This document shows, one piece after another, positions 23,396 to 38,800 of a stretch of DNA of 64,000 nucleotides (within the stretch, counting starts at the first letter, position 1; each line of letters begins with the position of its first letter). The notes beneath the pieces are model-generated. The model saw nothing but the letters and a program-made list of their open reading frames with translations, did no database searches and was not told where the DNA came from. The DNA comes from Botryllus schlosseri (Eukaryota), in NCBI GenBank assembly GCA_051294905.1, contig CM119379.1, forward strand, positions 19,530,001 to 19,594,000, read 5' to 3'. Both the position numbers and the translations under genes were made by a program.

Positions 23396-26300
23396 TATTC
23401 TTGTATTGACGGCAATTATAGTAACAGGAAACGGGGAGAAGGGATAGTCAATGTTCTTTTTCATGGCCTACTTATGTATTGATTGTCCTCATAAACGAAA
23501 CGTTTGACTGCTTTTTCTCACGAAGCTTGAAATTTTAAAACGTTGAAACCCCGTATTTTTGCGAAAATTCAGGAAATTATTTGGATGCAGGACTTGACAT
23601 GATGGTAGAACGGTTATACTCTTGATTATTCGTGCAGGTCATGATATTTCAGGCATTCGTAACGTATCCCTGTGATACCCGTACTACGTGTATATCCGGT
23701 GGAAGAAGTCCGGTTATTGCACGAACTTGAGTCGTGTCTGGGCGCTTGCAGCGAATAGATTGTAACTCCATCTCGTGCAAAGCACATATTCCCACGCGAT
23801 ACAATATCTCATGGGCACCCGCTAGTCCCTAGTAATCTGCTGTTACAAGATACCTTTGATCTTGATACCCCATCCAATGCGTCATCCCTCACATACCGTG
23901 TTATTTACCACCTGATGATATCCAATAATTGAGAGCTAGATCACAGGACCTGCACACCATCCCCACGATTTACTGGGGTGGCAATATCTTAAGCGTAAAA
24001 TATAGTTATTAACTGATGAAAAATTCGCAATATCATATTGCGATAGCATGAAGATGAGGGAGTCGCTGTTTTCAAATTATGAGCCAATCCACAATAAAAA
24101 GACGAACAATATGGTAACTTTTTAACCGTGTTATCTGCATTCAAAGCACATGGATAAAATGGTTGTTATAATATAATTTTAATGCTGGGCGAATACTGGG
24201 CACTGATCACTAACGATTTATGATTATTCAATCAAGTTCGCATCTACTATTTGTTCACTTTTAGGCTCCGCACAAAATGCGATTTCAATATGTATGCGTT
24301 ACCTTGTGATAATGCTGATAAAATTATTTGGAATGAGGTTGATACGTGCACAAGTCCATCGCGATTCGCGATGCCAGAAATGAGTCAGTTCGGCCAATTA
24401 GCTGTCTGTTAAATACGTTTCCGCCATTTATCTCTGGATGTTTTGTCCTCTCTTCAAACAAACGTTAATTAATGCATTGAAAATAAATACTTCGCCAGGA
24501 TTCAGGTTATCGAATATCAAAGTTTCCTTCATCCGCATAGTTCATGCTTTACGCGAAGTGTATAAATACAGACTTTGTTTTGTTTAATTTCATGCTGGTT
24601 GACTCCAGAATCTGACCACTGTGTTCTATGAGGCAAATCCCCTGCTTCCCCGTTTTACATTGACATTTATTTACAATGACGTAATTAAAATGTATATTTC
24701 AAATCATAATAAAGACATTATAATCTTTACGTCATCTTGCACGAATCCTTTTATATACCGAACCGTGGGCATACAATTGAATAATATAATCATATTGAAA
24801 TAAACACGAATATTATCGACCGACACTCGTCAAGGGCAATCGTCAGCAAATATAGTAGAGAATCGAGAAGAACATTGTATATCAACATATATGACGTCAC
24901 CGGCACGACTGGTCGAGGCCAATATTTTTTGCTGCACTGCCATCGATATGACATTCCCAGAACCTTTTTACTCGACAGGGTGAGTGAGTTCCAAAACGCT
25001 GCAACATTTGACAATGATTGTCCCCGAAATGTTATCTCCTATCGCAAAGTTCACTCTGTCATGTGGTACGTACTTGTAAATCTGTACTTGTCCTCATATT
25101 GCCCCGATAGTTGCGCTCTTCCGAGCGGTAAATGCTCGAACTACTTTTGCAAATTGTACGCAATATGGTATAGAGCCCCGCACCTTCTAGTCAGTGACGC
25201 ACCTGGTTTTAAAGGCGAAAAGCGCCACTCTCTTTTTAAGAATATTGATAATAATAAATGTTTTATACATCTATTAGAAGTAGTTCTGGAATATTTTGAA
25301 AATCGCTACTTCTACTCAACCGGAAATAAATTTAAGGTATTTCTTTTACATGGGTGAAAAATAAGTGTATTCACAAGATTCCCACCATAGCGTAAGGTGC
25401 AAATCAGGCCGTCGGTATATTCTGGTGCAAAATATTGCTTTCACACCCAGTAGGTGAAAATGAGTTACATACGCCATTTCCTTGTGGTGATATATCCCAG
25501 GGGTTGAATGGATTACGATTACGCGTATCCGTTTTGCATCTACTTGCGGTATACTTCACAATCATGAAATGTACTCCACCGTAGGATATCTTCATTAAAA
25601 GACTCTTAATTGAATTGACTCGATTTCACCTACGTGTACCTGTACATTGTACAAGCACAATGTGGTACCAGGATCTGCAGTTTTTCTGGTTTACACTCAC
25701 GTTATGGTGGAAATCGACGAAATAAACTATTTCCGTTTACACTGTACTATTGATAGATATTCCACCGGCCAGACACGGACAAGTCAGATATAGGCCACCC
25801 AATATCTACTCCACAACATACGTTGCTAGTGAATCCAACAACTGGAGACATCATTGTGAGAGACACTCACACTAAAATGCGCCTCCCGTGGCGAACGCCT
25901 ACCGGTACCGCTTGTGTGTGGAATTCCGAATCCATGAGTATTCGGAATGGTCGAGGTATAGTGTTGATAAAATATATTTTGTTTTGCTTCAAGCTATGAT
26001 AGCTTATAATGCTATTTTATTTCATATTTAGTATATTCATATCCAGAAACTACCTATAAGTATTGGATTAAGGGCTTTGGATCCAATATCTGCCAACAAA
26101 ATTTTCGTTTGTATGCACGCGCTTCAAAGCAAACTTTTGACGGGTTGCGCGCACTCGTCGGTAGGACTTTATCATACGTCCGTTCGCTCCTTGATCGATA
26201 ACAATCGACGGCAGGTCACTCGAAGGGCTTTTGAATATATTGCCAGGTGCTGGTAATAAACCCAAGTATAAATGAGTCGCGTTGCTACCTGGAAAACCGT

Positions 26301-29300
26301 GACACATCTGCGAAATTGTTATGACATCAGCACCTGAGACTGCGGGAGTGAAGTTGTAACTATTGTTTTATATTCACTCATGCCTCAATAGAGTTTGCAA
26401 ATATTGTGTCACTGTGCCGAAATGTTTCAAAGCACTATTTCGCGCCTGCTGTTCTGTCGCGTGTTTATGTATAAAATTCGATAGACTGGAAGATAATAGA
26501 GATATGGATTGGGAACGGGCGTTTTCGCAGCCCACACTTATTATACAGACTCCTTACGGGATTTCAGCATCGTTGAGAAACTATTAGACACTACATAGTC
26601 AAAATAATTTTAACTATGTGTACGTGGTTGCCGTATGAGCGAAAATATCTTTGAATAAAACAAAACAAAACACTTTCACCGTAAATCACAGCGAGAATTG
26701 GAAAATCGTCCGGACGGACACGGACAATGTTTCAAAAAATTCGAAAACATGTCTTAAATGTGACCTCGGCAAGTATAAGTTCATCGCATGCGCAATACAA
26801 AGATTGAATATATGTCGACATCTATACGAGTATTCTCCAGTGGACTATATGTATGTCACCGTATCATTTTTGAAATAAAATGTACCACAGCAGTACCAAG
26901 GAAAGCCCGGGTTCGGCTGAGTTTGCGCTGCGATCAAAATCTGAGCTAAGGTTCATTTGAATGATTATATTATGCGTAGCATTAAAATAATAAAACAAAT
27001 TATTTGACGATGATTTGCTTTGATGGAATTAAACGTTAGTTGAGTGATACTCGCGAATGGTCGAATGAACAAACATCAGTATTTGTCAGCAGCGGGATCA
27101 GTCGACAAGGCACGAAATATTTGACATCCCTGCACAAGATGGTACGCATGCAATGTAGTTTGATGAATGTGATACATCGACCGTAAATTCGTAATACGGT
27201 ACAATGCCACGGGAATGCAAACACGGTACCACTGTGCGTGCTGCATCATCTGCTCTCTATATTATGTATTTGACATAAAACCTTGAATGCTTAGCTTATC
27301 GTCGAAATTGGGTAAATTGGTTCGTTGTGGGTTGCAATAACGCTGTGCATATATACTAATTGTTGCATTGCGTTCCTTGAAAACATCCGCACCATGCCAA
27401 ATATAAACGGCATGTATTTGTTAAATATTTTGAGACAATATCACTATGGCTAATACTGTATCCTGAAATCATCACTCCGAAGATAAAGCGTAGAATAAAT
27501 CATGGTTTGTGTTGGTCTCTTTGGTATTTTTCTGAATAGTAAAAGAGAGCGAGCAAACGTCCCTGACCTTCCGTTTCCACCGTAATGTTGAAGTATGATT
27601 TAATGTCAAAGATGGGAAGTTTAGTTTTCAACCCATTACTGCCTCGACCGTCTAATTTGATGGTGTGGAATAATCATATATTTCGAACATTTAATGCACA
27701 TGAGAGGTGCTGCAGTGTTACGACTGGGCGCACCCACTATATTATATTTTCTGATACGTAACCATCACACAACGTCTACTCCGTGGCGTATTGGCCATTT
27801 TTCGTCGGTATATGAATGCCAGGCTCTAATATGACACAACAGAGTATTTCTTTGTAACTATATGCGTACAAATCTGTCTTCTTGATTTCTAATTGCTAAT
27901 AAGGCCATAAGAGATCTCCTCTTTTATATGAATGCCATCTAGCGCAGGTGCCTTCATTTTTTGGCGATGAGTAAAATGCTTGTGTCGTATCATCGACATA
28001 TGAGAGGGTCTCGATGTGAAAGCAATCTTTTGAATTCGCTCCGACTATCACCCCCTCTTGATACTCGAGTAATGGTGTCCTTTCATTGTATTCCTCTATG
28101 GGGCGGTTCCCACGACCATCGACCACTTAATGCCGCTACTGTCTAATGTGTGAAAATCGCGCTCGCTAACAAAGTGTCCCCTTCAGATGCGCGTAAGCGT
28201 TTTATTGTCGCGTGAACTTCTACAACGCAGTGTTTACCAGCGCTGGCCAGGAAAAGCGCAACATTTCAGTCGTCTACTCATTACTGCAAATAGATAAGTT
28301 TTCCTTTGTCATCACATCTTGGCGGTAATTGCGCGGGGAATGTGTGATAATTTTTTTTATGAAAAGCGGCGTACGAATCGAAAGAACTCCCGACAAGTGC
28401 GATTACTAATATCGTCACCTGACTGGGGTTGAACGACATCCGATCTGCCTTTGCAAATATCACGCGCAATGTGACACTCGAAAGAACGCCCAATTCGGTG
28501 GCCTGATACATATTGATCCACTGAATTTTCCGTTGTGAAATTATAGGTCGATGTCGCTACTGGTCAGTAACGAAGGACTTCTACTGCATCGGAGTACTCT
28601 AGTAGGTTATACCTACTTAAGCTAACTTAAGTTCTATTACATGGGTTATTAAACTATGGGCCATGTTTGGATCACCTCTATGGGTAGAATTGCCATACTA
28701 ACCGGCCGAAATAGTCCCGCATCATGGTACCAGAGTTTGTTCCGAAAATTGCACACATTGATAGTGTTATTAATCATAATCATTTTGCGGTGGCCGCGAA
28801 GATGCATCCTGTAATCGTAAGTCGAAGATCAACCGATGAAACTATGCGACGCGGCGACCCAATCTACTGTTTGAAACAACTTACTTGAAGTTTTTTCATA
28901 GCTATATTTTCTATACTTCCACTTGAAGTAATTTTGACATGTCTTGGAGAAATTATTACTTCTACTTGTGCTTGAGTAGAAATTCATGACGTTTGTTCTA
29001 CTATTACCAAAGGTGACTGGTTTTATCACGTCTAGTAGTAGGCACTGATAATTGGGATGTACTATTGATATGTTTGTGGTAGTACGATCGGGACGCGATA
29101 GGTATGTTTGCAATACTTTTCACCGGGGTTAAGGATGTAGATTTCCAGTGGCTGGTCACATTCTTGTGTTCGATTCGCCCCAAGCTTTGTAGATCATGCA
29201 ACACGCACTCGATAGGTATGCGATTTCAGATTAGTGACTTTGTCAGTACAAACAATGTGGGGCATGCAGGTGCGTTTTGTGTCGACGGCCGTGCGATAAT

Positions 29301-32300
29301 TTTCAATAAAAATAGTTGTGTCGCCGAAAACGTGGTGTTTTGCATTGTGCGATGTCAATGTTTTGACAGATACTCCATTCTTCCAAAATACGCAACGAAA
29401 TATTATCTGGATTTTGAATCACTGCTGAGTTGGATAATTCGAGGCTATTAGACGTCTACCGATTCATTGCGATTTCCTACATCAACACGTTGCGAGCGAT
29501 ATTCGCGCCTTCGTCCGCGTTTCGTGCGCTGGCCCGCAGAAAACCGATATGATCCCGTAAATTTTCGAATAATCACGTAACATTTGTGCCTGAAAACAAT
29601 ATCGAAAGCAAGCAAAACAAAGTCTCGCGGTGGAGTGTGCGGAAGTGTTACACTCCGAGCGGCGCGAGCGAGATTACTGCCAATACAGCTTAGCTCATTA
29701 CTATATCTGTGTTTTGATCTTGTTGCTGTTTGAAATGCGTCGGAGTCTGCCTGGTCGTTTTACAGGTTTCATCGAAGTCAGACTATTGAGCGCGATGATT
29801 ACTGCGATTGACGATTTGGCGATCCATCATTGTATAAAGAGTACGAAACGCATTGCCAGTTTATGGCCAATTGTCTATGTTCGTTGTTCTCTCAGACTAA
29901 ATAATGGATTTGCGGTAAGTTAATATGGCCTGGCATAGGATTCAGTGCTTAGCTTATTTCAGTCGCGATCACCTACTGTCACACTGAACCATGACACGGC
30001 TAGAAATCTAAACTGACCCCCCCCCCAAGAGCCACGTCGTTTCCCTGTAGGAGGCCGAATACCAAAGTTGCTACATTTGATGATCGATGACTTCTGTCAT
30101 CACTCCGATAGGATTTATGCTCGGACATATTCAGAAGGTCTGCATGGTCGGGTGGTGTTAAAATACAGCAATCTCCCACGTGAAGGTGCTTCCAAGAATC
30201 GTACTGTTCACGGCCCGGTGTGACATAACTGGTATGTTGTTTGGGATTATCCTCAGAATATTTTCTACCTTGGAAAGTAATATCAAGATATGTACAGTAC
30301 AACTATGCATATTTTTATATGCCTCACAGAGTGGTGAACTTACTCCACGCCGTAGGCTACACATACCTCCCATAATTCCCGGGCGTCCCGGTGCGTAGAA
30401 AATTCAGTTATCGTGACTCAACCGATAAAATGGAGAATCCGTTATCACGCCGATATCCTTATCTTGTTAGTTCAGGCATACATGTGTGAAATGCGATGCA
30501 AAGGTGACGCGATTATGATATGAGCGATGATGTGTGCCAAATAACTTGCCCATGGGGTCTGTTAGGTGCTGCAAGTGTTAACTATTAACTCAAGTTTATT
30601 GTTTCGACCTAATGTCGTATATCAGCTCGGAAATCGCCAAATGGGAACTGAATTTTCAGAACGCAGGTGCGTTAAATATGGGCACCTGAGATAAGGGAAA
30701 TCCTAACAACTTTTGATCGGTTTTTATCGTATTGTTTAGCTATTTCATATCAACTACGCGAGCGGGTAATCGCCGTACAATTTATTCGAAGTTTGTGGAA
30801 CGCCTTTGATCACCATGTTTAATACTTCACGCCTGTCAAAGGTTTTGTGAGATTACAGGGTTAGAAGTCCTGTCTCCGCGCTTAGTTGTCATGCTTGGGG
30901 TTTACAATTCACAATTGACCTGCATGAATCCCCATGTCGATAGCGGGATATTATAGGTTATACTTAATCGATGCCAAATAAACGTTTCACTGTACCGTGT
31001 TGTACACACGTTATTGGAAACAATGCTTGGGTATTTATTGTTATTTGACACGTAACCATGAATTCATCTCCCTATTCGGTGTTTCCCAGTGAACAACTGA
31101 GTGAACATGCACGCTTGAAAATTGTTTCTTAGCGAATCATTGTCTGCCGAATTGTATGCGCCACAAATATAAGGCATGTATATATATATAAATAAATGCA
31201 GTTGAAATGCCGTGATTGGAGGTTTTTATTTTGAAAATGAATAGTAATCGAGCCCAAATTCACAAAGTTTATATGGAAACATACTTTTTTGGTACACTCC
31301 TAATATTATTTTACCGACCGATGTAACGAACTATGACTTCCAATAAATAAAATATACCGCATGCAAGCAAACGGAGAAGGCCACAAATTGGATAGAAGAC
31401 GAATATCGATCCAAATTAGGTATTTTTTTCGGGATGCATAAGGTTTGTGTTTGCTTTCATTTTTAGATCTGGTTGGGTTGACGATCCGCGTATATGTCTA
31501 TTATACGGGACTGTTTGGTTCTGATATTTTGCGAAACAGCACCTTGGTGGCATATAAGATATTAGTCGTTCTATTGAATAATTCCAGTCACCCCTTTAAA
31601 AATAAATATACCCGCGCTGCCTCGCTAATAATCTTTATAACGTATATAGCCTATATGCTGTCGGAATTTTTGCGTGTGGTCTCCAAGCATAAAATTGAGT
31701 TGAAGTCGCACAATTCGGAATATTTCGAAAATGTGCGATTACATCTAGGTGATCGCCTTCTTCATTTATTCTGGAAGTACACGGTTTAATCAAGTTAACA
31801 TTTATCACTCAGACCAAAAGCCGGATGCGACTCATTAATTGCGATGACGAAGTTCTGCAGTATGAATATATAGAATAGCCGAGGGGATGTGATGGATATG
31901 CAAAATGCTCTCACTTGGTATACAAGCGTGCAACAAGTCGTCGAGTCTCTGACCACGTGTCTCTCTCTCTGACCCTTGCGGCGTTCGCGTGTCGGACGCA
32001 AGAGTTATTCCTGAAGCATGTAAGCTTCTATTTGCTCATGTCATAATTGCGACACTATAATGTGTATCTTTTACTCAAGTGCTTACGTTTTTAGACTATA
32101 CTTCAACTTCTACTTAACAGTCTTTTCGGTAAAGCCACTTACATTTTACATTTTGAATTTTATAAAGTTGAAATTAGTTTTGGAGCATGTTTGGATCACT
32201 TCTATGAGAGAAATTGCCATAGCAACAGTGCGAGATAGCACTTGTATCTGGATAACTGAATATATTTTCGAAAATTGCAGCCATTAGTCATTTTGCATAC

Positions 32301-34568
32301 CTCGCAAAGATTTTCAAAGTAACCAGCACTTATCAACTGCTAAATGTGTACGTTTTGAAATTATTTACTTGTGTACTTTTCATATAATACCTTTATTTTC
32401 TACTTTTACTCGGTAGTTTTGACATGTCTTGAAAATCTCAAGACTTCTTCTCGAAACAATTTTGTCCAGTTATGTCTATGTACACCTTCATGGCTTATGA
32501 TTACTTTATATAGCGAGGTATTGGTAATAATGAGGATTGAAGTTGTGACTGTGACGTCATAATTTGAACGACACAATGATGTAGGACTGTAGGTGTAAGA
32601 AATCCGTCTTTTATGATTTGGAACCACTGACTTCAATGATACGAAGCGTTACTTCTGGGTGCTACTACTGGGTAGGTATGGTACAGCATGTAGAGATCGA
32701 TTTAGTACGCGCAATCTAACAACATCCACTTGCCCGGTTAGCTTTTGGTGGTCGCGCCTGGAGTGTGTTTTAAACCGCGATTACTAACATGCAGGGAAGG
32801 TGTCACTCAATCCACTTCAGTGCTGATTTGGAAAACGCGTGATATCAGTGATAACTCAACCTTCGAGTGGGAAATCCGGTTCACTGTCACACATAACGGC
32901 CCCTGTTTCGATCACGGGTGATTACAAGCCGAGGCACGGTTTAGCTCACCGTGGTTAATGATTCCGGCCGGTGCTGTGTGTTTTATTGTTGGTCTGTCGT
33001 TATGGTCACTGCAAAGGAGAGTTAGTGCGCTACGAACGTCGAAGACACTGCAGTCAGACATGCTCACACGACTATCGCGTTACCGTCGCAAATTGCGGTT
33101 AACATATCGATAAGGTCAAAGAATTTGACTAATCTGGGGTCTTCATAGGCCAATCTTCTGCGAAACAGCAAATCAACGAATTGTAGACATTGTAGACAAT
33201 TCCAACAATTGTATACTGCTTGTTCCGTCTTTCAGCATCTCCATTTAGTTATCGCACCCACGCAACTCCCGTGGATTGTTGTTATGAATGTTATTTTAGT
33301 ATTCATGGAGAGGGATTCGACTAGTATGGTCAATGGTCATGGTCATTTACACCAGGCCAATATTACTTATTATTCCCGATCTGTCTATACTGGTAGCACG
33401 GCTCACTTTTGTAGCCAGTGCGTGATCGCGGATATGTAACGATTGTCGTATAGATTGACGTATAGAAATAATCAAGGGGTTCCGTTTCGCATGCTTTCAC
33501 TCCAACTTCTGCCGTCAAATTCCTTATCAATTCCTTTTCAACCGATTCGAATTAAAGGTGTATTATGTATAATCTTACGTATGTATTTTGCATATTTTGG
33601 GAATTATAATTGCGATAACGTGCACCATATAGCATTATAGATGCAGCATATGCAGATGCAGCACGTAATTGGCTATAATTCCGCAGTTGCACGTATCTAC
33701 AGCACCCATCGTCTATTCTGCTTTGGTCGTGATTGAATATCCATCTTAGGTTGGTGAAACATGCATTTCCGTGCATAGCTACAGTGTCATATGGAATACT
33801 TCGCGTGCAAACCGCGTAAAATTCTATATGCGAATGTGACGAGCCTCTTTATCTCTTGGATTCAGAAGAATCGCAATCGGTCACACGAGTTTCTTCGCCA
33901 TATTGACACTGCTTTTAATGCTATCAACGGAAGTGTCAGCAAGGGTATGAATAGGACACAGTGTATTCCTTCATCCATTAACAAATATTTTCATTTCTTA
34001 CAAAAATATAGCATTCGGCCTGACCAACAATACGACCAGAAACAATGACCTGCCGAAGGATATCTTCAAATTGTCAACTGTCTTTTATGGTTTTCAACGT
34101 TGAGAATAGGCCGTTATTGTTTTTGTTGGAAAACCGGCTATAATCCAAATAAAGCTGTTGACGCATAACCTAGAACAGAGAATACAATGGAAAGTTTTTT
34201 GCTGATTTTTTACGACTTTTACCAATTGCGCGAACGCTTTTCAAAACAGCACGAGCAAGTGTGATCAAACAAATCTCTCGTTATGGGACGGCATTGAAAG
34301 TTTTTTCATACCATTATAAATCGCAACGCAATACTATCCCGGATTATACAAGCTACATGACACGTTTCTAGGCATTCGCTGAATTATAAACACTGTATAT
34401 CGTGTTGGTGGCCACATACATTTAACCTACATGTAATCCGTCAAGTCTGCTAGAAAGGAATTTTCAAGATATCGGTTATCCTGTACTACTTTGGAAGAGT
34501 CTTGATTTTAAATGAAATTCAAAAAAGAATAAGATTTTCTGCTTTAACTTCCTGTACATCGTATAGTA

Positions 34569-35839
34569 CAGTGGTCGGGAACCTTTTTTGTCAGAAGAGC
34601 CATATTGACCCTATTTTTTCAATTTTATCTGCCAAAGAGCCATACATGCCAATACACAGTGACGTCACAAGTGAAAATTCGTGACGTCACTGTAGCAATA
34701 ATTCGAACTCACTATCATGGGATTCACCGTGTGTGCCACATTTTCTCTGTAAACGCTCGCAGTAATCATGCTGGTTGCCTTGCATGCGAAACTTTAGTTA
34801 CGAGAACGTAGGTTCGTCGTGATGCTCCTTTTAAATGTGAGAACCTACGATCAGTGATCACAAGCGTAGGTGGAACCAAACATGGACACAACAGCAGTTT
34901 ATATGCCCCCCCCCCTACTCTAAGCTGTGATTCATCAATGACTTCGGGTCAGGGGAGGCAAGAGAGGCAGCAGTAGGCTACCTCACCTATCGTCAGGATG
35001 AGTGAACGAAAATTGTAAAGCCTTCAATTAGGCTACTATTGGTATTTTCCACCGATGTTCATAAATGACACGATTTTGAACACTTTTCTCCCAATACCAC
35101 ACAATTTGCATATTTTGTTCGAAAATAGCGTGCGAAACGAGAGGTAAGGCACAGACGGGCCAAGCCTCGCCATTGATAACGCAATTCATCGTAAATAGCT
35201 AAGAATTTGTTTTAACCGATATTAATCGAATGTAGCTGTAACGATTCCGAAAATCTAAATATTGATCGACTTCTCAATACTCAAAGTATTTGGCGGTAAC
35301 AGGTAACATATAATATTGCGCTACACGGCTACATTCTATCACTGGTACTACAATCAAAAGCGTAGCATGGATGGCCACGACGTTGTTTGTATCGAGTTTG
35401 TAATAGTGAATGTGGCGTCTACGGCAGCTCATTTAGTGCCGTAGATCAGGAAGACAATGTGTATTTGGAAACTGCGTTGCATTTGGGCGTCGCCATGTCT
35501 GCCATTCTCTATGATCAATCAACGTATCGTGCAATCCAAGATTTCGAGTCGGGTACATCGAATTCGCGAGTGATATTGGTCGCCGTAGCGATAGTAACTT
35601 GAATTTGAGGATTGTGCCAATAGGGGTTTGAGCCCCTAGACCTGATGACGGCATGATTTTACCTCTCAAAGACATTATTATTCTGCGACGATAGTAATTA
35701 TTCTCGCCGTGATGAAAATTTACTAAAACGTTGCTACAATATTGATCAATTCAGTAAAAAAATTATATATGGATAAGAGCCATATGTAGCACCCAAAAGA
35801 GCCATATATGGCTCGCGAGTCATAGGTTCCCGACCACTG
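34569..35839. mobile_element. Non-autonomous hAT element (about 1.27 kb)
   Basis: Perfect TIR CAGTGGTCGGGAACCT...AGGTTCCCGACCACTG, perfect TSD GTATAGTA, subterminal GAGCCATA repeats; no recognisable transposase. Confidence 0.9.
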
Positions 35840-38800
35840 GTATAGTAGCACACCAAACTCACGCCTTTATTCGAGCACAATGATATGTCGTCATCTCACG
35901 TGCGAAGTCTCTATCTTGGACAATTCAAGGACACCTGCTCACTAAAACGCCGTTTCTTCCTCGTGCATCAAACCTGACATGCGATCCTAGTTTTCCACTT
36001 GACTCCCACTCCAAGATGGTTGTTTTACGTATTTTGTCGAGGATTTACGCAAGACGGTTCCGTAATCTGAGCGATTAGATTGGACGTTGTCAGTCGTTGT
36101 TGGGTGAATATGTAGTCACAAAATCAGGCAGGTAGGGTAAGTCTATGCTAATACATTTTAAAAGGCCAATCATTATCGCAGATTTCTCATTTTATTAGTT
36201 TGGTTAGGTTTCAAAATATCGTAGAGTCCCTGACTGACAACATACAGTATGTATGTTTTCTATTCCAGAATCTCAAACTTTTGGCCACGAACCAAAAGGT
36301 TTTTAATTTCATTGTGAACGAATCGTCGGGCTCAAATCCATGTGGAAGCACTGCGACCAGCCCAGAGCGGGCTGGCGTCACCGTGGTTGGTTAAACTTTC
36401 GGCATACATCATACTCTTATCTTTGCGTTTCGACGTTAATGATTCGCCAGTAACGCATAAATAAACCCTCGTTTCTTGCTTTCGCATGATATCGCAAATC
36501 ATGTGTGATAAAAACTATAGATGAGAGTTACAGAACTATATAGTTCTGGCTCTTAACCACCGGGGTTGTGACTTCAGCGGACGTTTATCGGACAAAATAT
36601 TGGCAAGATATTAGCATTGGAAAGTATTTATATACGAATTTTATTGGCCACATATCATTATCATGCAGGCTGTGAATCCATTTCGAGTCGCGAATTAAAT
36701 TTCACTTCTAAAATGTGGTCGCAGAGGAATAAGTTATGTTCTGTTGCATTCCACAATCCACCTTTGGAACATTCCCTATCTGTAGTTGACCTAAATATTC
36801 ATGTCTTTGGATGATAGGAATTTAGTTTTCACCATAATTCGGATTCCTAGTAATGATGTAGATTTCGATTAGCGAAACAGCAATGGCATGTACGACATTG
36901 CTGCTGAAATGTTCATGAGACGGTGATACGTACTGTGACTTGTATTGTAACCTATCTAAGCTCGGGTGGTCAAATTTTTGGGTAGAATCATATTTTATGC
37001 GAGAATTGTGCAATCTTTTTGACGAGTGGGCCAGATATAATAATAACGAGGTAACATCAAGGACCGCATATAGGTTTCCAGTAGCTGCAAGACCCAGCAT
37101 CTCGTAAAATGTGGTAACGGTGCTTGTGAGAATGTGAGAGCATGGCGCGAAAAATTTTCAGGTTGTTGATCTAATGTTATCAAAAATTTTCATGTGCAAA
37201 TTACTCATATGTAATTATGCGATTATGCATGTCTCATTATTGTTCGGTCTTCTCTTAGCGCACCCGAGGTAGCTGAAACTTATTAAACTTAGCTTAATTA
37301 CAAACCCATTTTGGGGCTGCACACCAAAAAAAGTGGCACTTCCAAATTTTCTCGACCCTTTTTTTATACATCTTAGTGCGCCCTACGCTGTGAATTCTCT
37401 CACATTGCGTCACATTACGTCACAAATAGATTTTGACGTGATTAGCGCCATGTCCAACGTTAAAACATTACCTCGTGAGCCAGTGTTAGATCACAGGAAT
37501 TGTCGTGCGGGGAATTCTGCTATAAGTTTGGTTGGCTATTTCAGTGATCGCCTGATTCCGGTGTCTGCATACAAACTGTTGTATAGCCTGCCACAGCTAG
37601 GATAACAAGCATGAAGATTGTCGGTATACAGTAGCGAGAGATATCCAGATGATAATCACACGGCTGCCGTAAAGTTTAAGAAATTTAATTACGACAAAAC
37701 GTCAGCGATAACCAGTTTTTTTTAATGTCTCGAAGGGTATAGGCCTGCTTCCATTCCATGTTTTGCGAAGGCGTTGATGCGATGTCCTGGGGCATACAAT
37801 ATGTATTTCCGGATGTGTTTTTACGCTCCGTTCGGAACATAAAGTTTGGATTAAGAACAATTAAAAGAAGTGCGCGCATCGCGCCAAGTAATTTACCCGA
37901 AAATAGTTCATAAAACACGTCTTTCAGTGATTTATCGATGAAGCTTAAAATTTTGTCATCGCAGGATTGTTTTCGCAGTGTTCTCGTTAAGTTGAATGGC
38001 ACAACCAGTCTACATATATCCGATCGCCCGTGTCAGTTGAAGCAACCCGGAGCCATTTGACGATGATTGCCACGGAATGTTGACATTGATATTTTATTCA
38101 TTTTACCGGAATAATATTATTATTTACACGACCGCTGAAAGATTCTTACTATCCAAGCTAAAATTCAACAACAGGTGGTGAGTGTTTGTGATGCCATGAG
38201 CCACAACGACTCCACTATATATTGGAACATAAACATTGACCCGCGCGCCCAACGAGTCTTTATCGTGAAGCGTGCGTGCTGTACGCGGAGTCTGGCGTCT
38301 GGAGTGTTTTTCTTGTGAATAAAAGTACCAGCGGATGGAGTACTGAAAATATGACTTATGCATGAGATAGTATGAACAACATAATTCTTTTGTTATTTTA
38401 GTAGTCCAATGCTACAATTGGGGTACACTGCGATATATCATGAATGAGTCCGTGAAAAATTAGCAACTTCTTATAACAAATCATTCCTGTACCTCAACAA
38501 TATTCTTCTGGCAATTCCTTGCTACACATACGTGGCTCGCGCAGTAACGATAATCACATTGACCATGTTATCGCCCGAAACATCCGACAACATGCTATGG
38601 TAAATTGACGTTGCTATTAGCCATATGGTGCGGTCGAGCATGTAATTCGACGTTTGCTTCGCAGAATTAACACCCAATTAATTGGTCGCGTGGCAGCCCG
38701 TGATATAGGTGTCACGAAAGCATGCTTTGATTCCAGCTGCACGGAAGAGTCACACGTAGTTTACGGACCTTTGAGTATAATCCACGCTTTCATTTCGTCA

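Noticed and set aside
24875-25357. 160-aa plus-strand ORF
   Set aside because: No recognisable domain, and its 3' part runs into the AAGTAG-rich repeat family.
26068-26307. 79-aa ORF with an AG acceptor directly before its ATG
   Set aside because: No homology or partner exons identified; cannot be supported.
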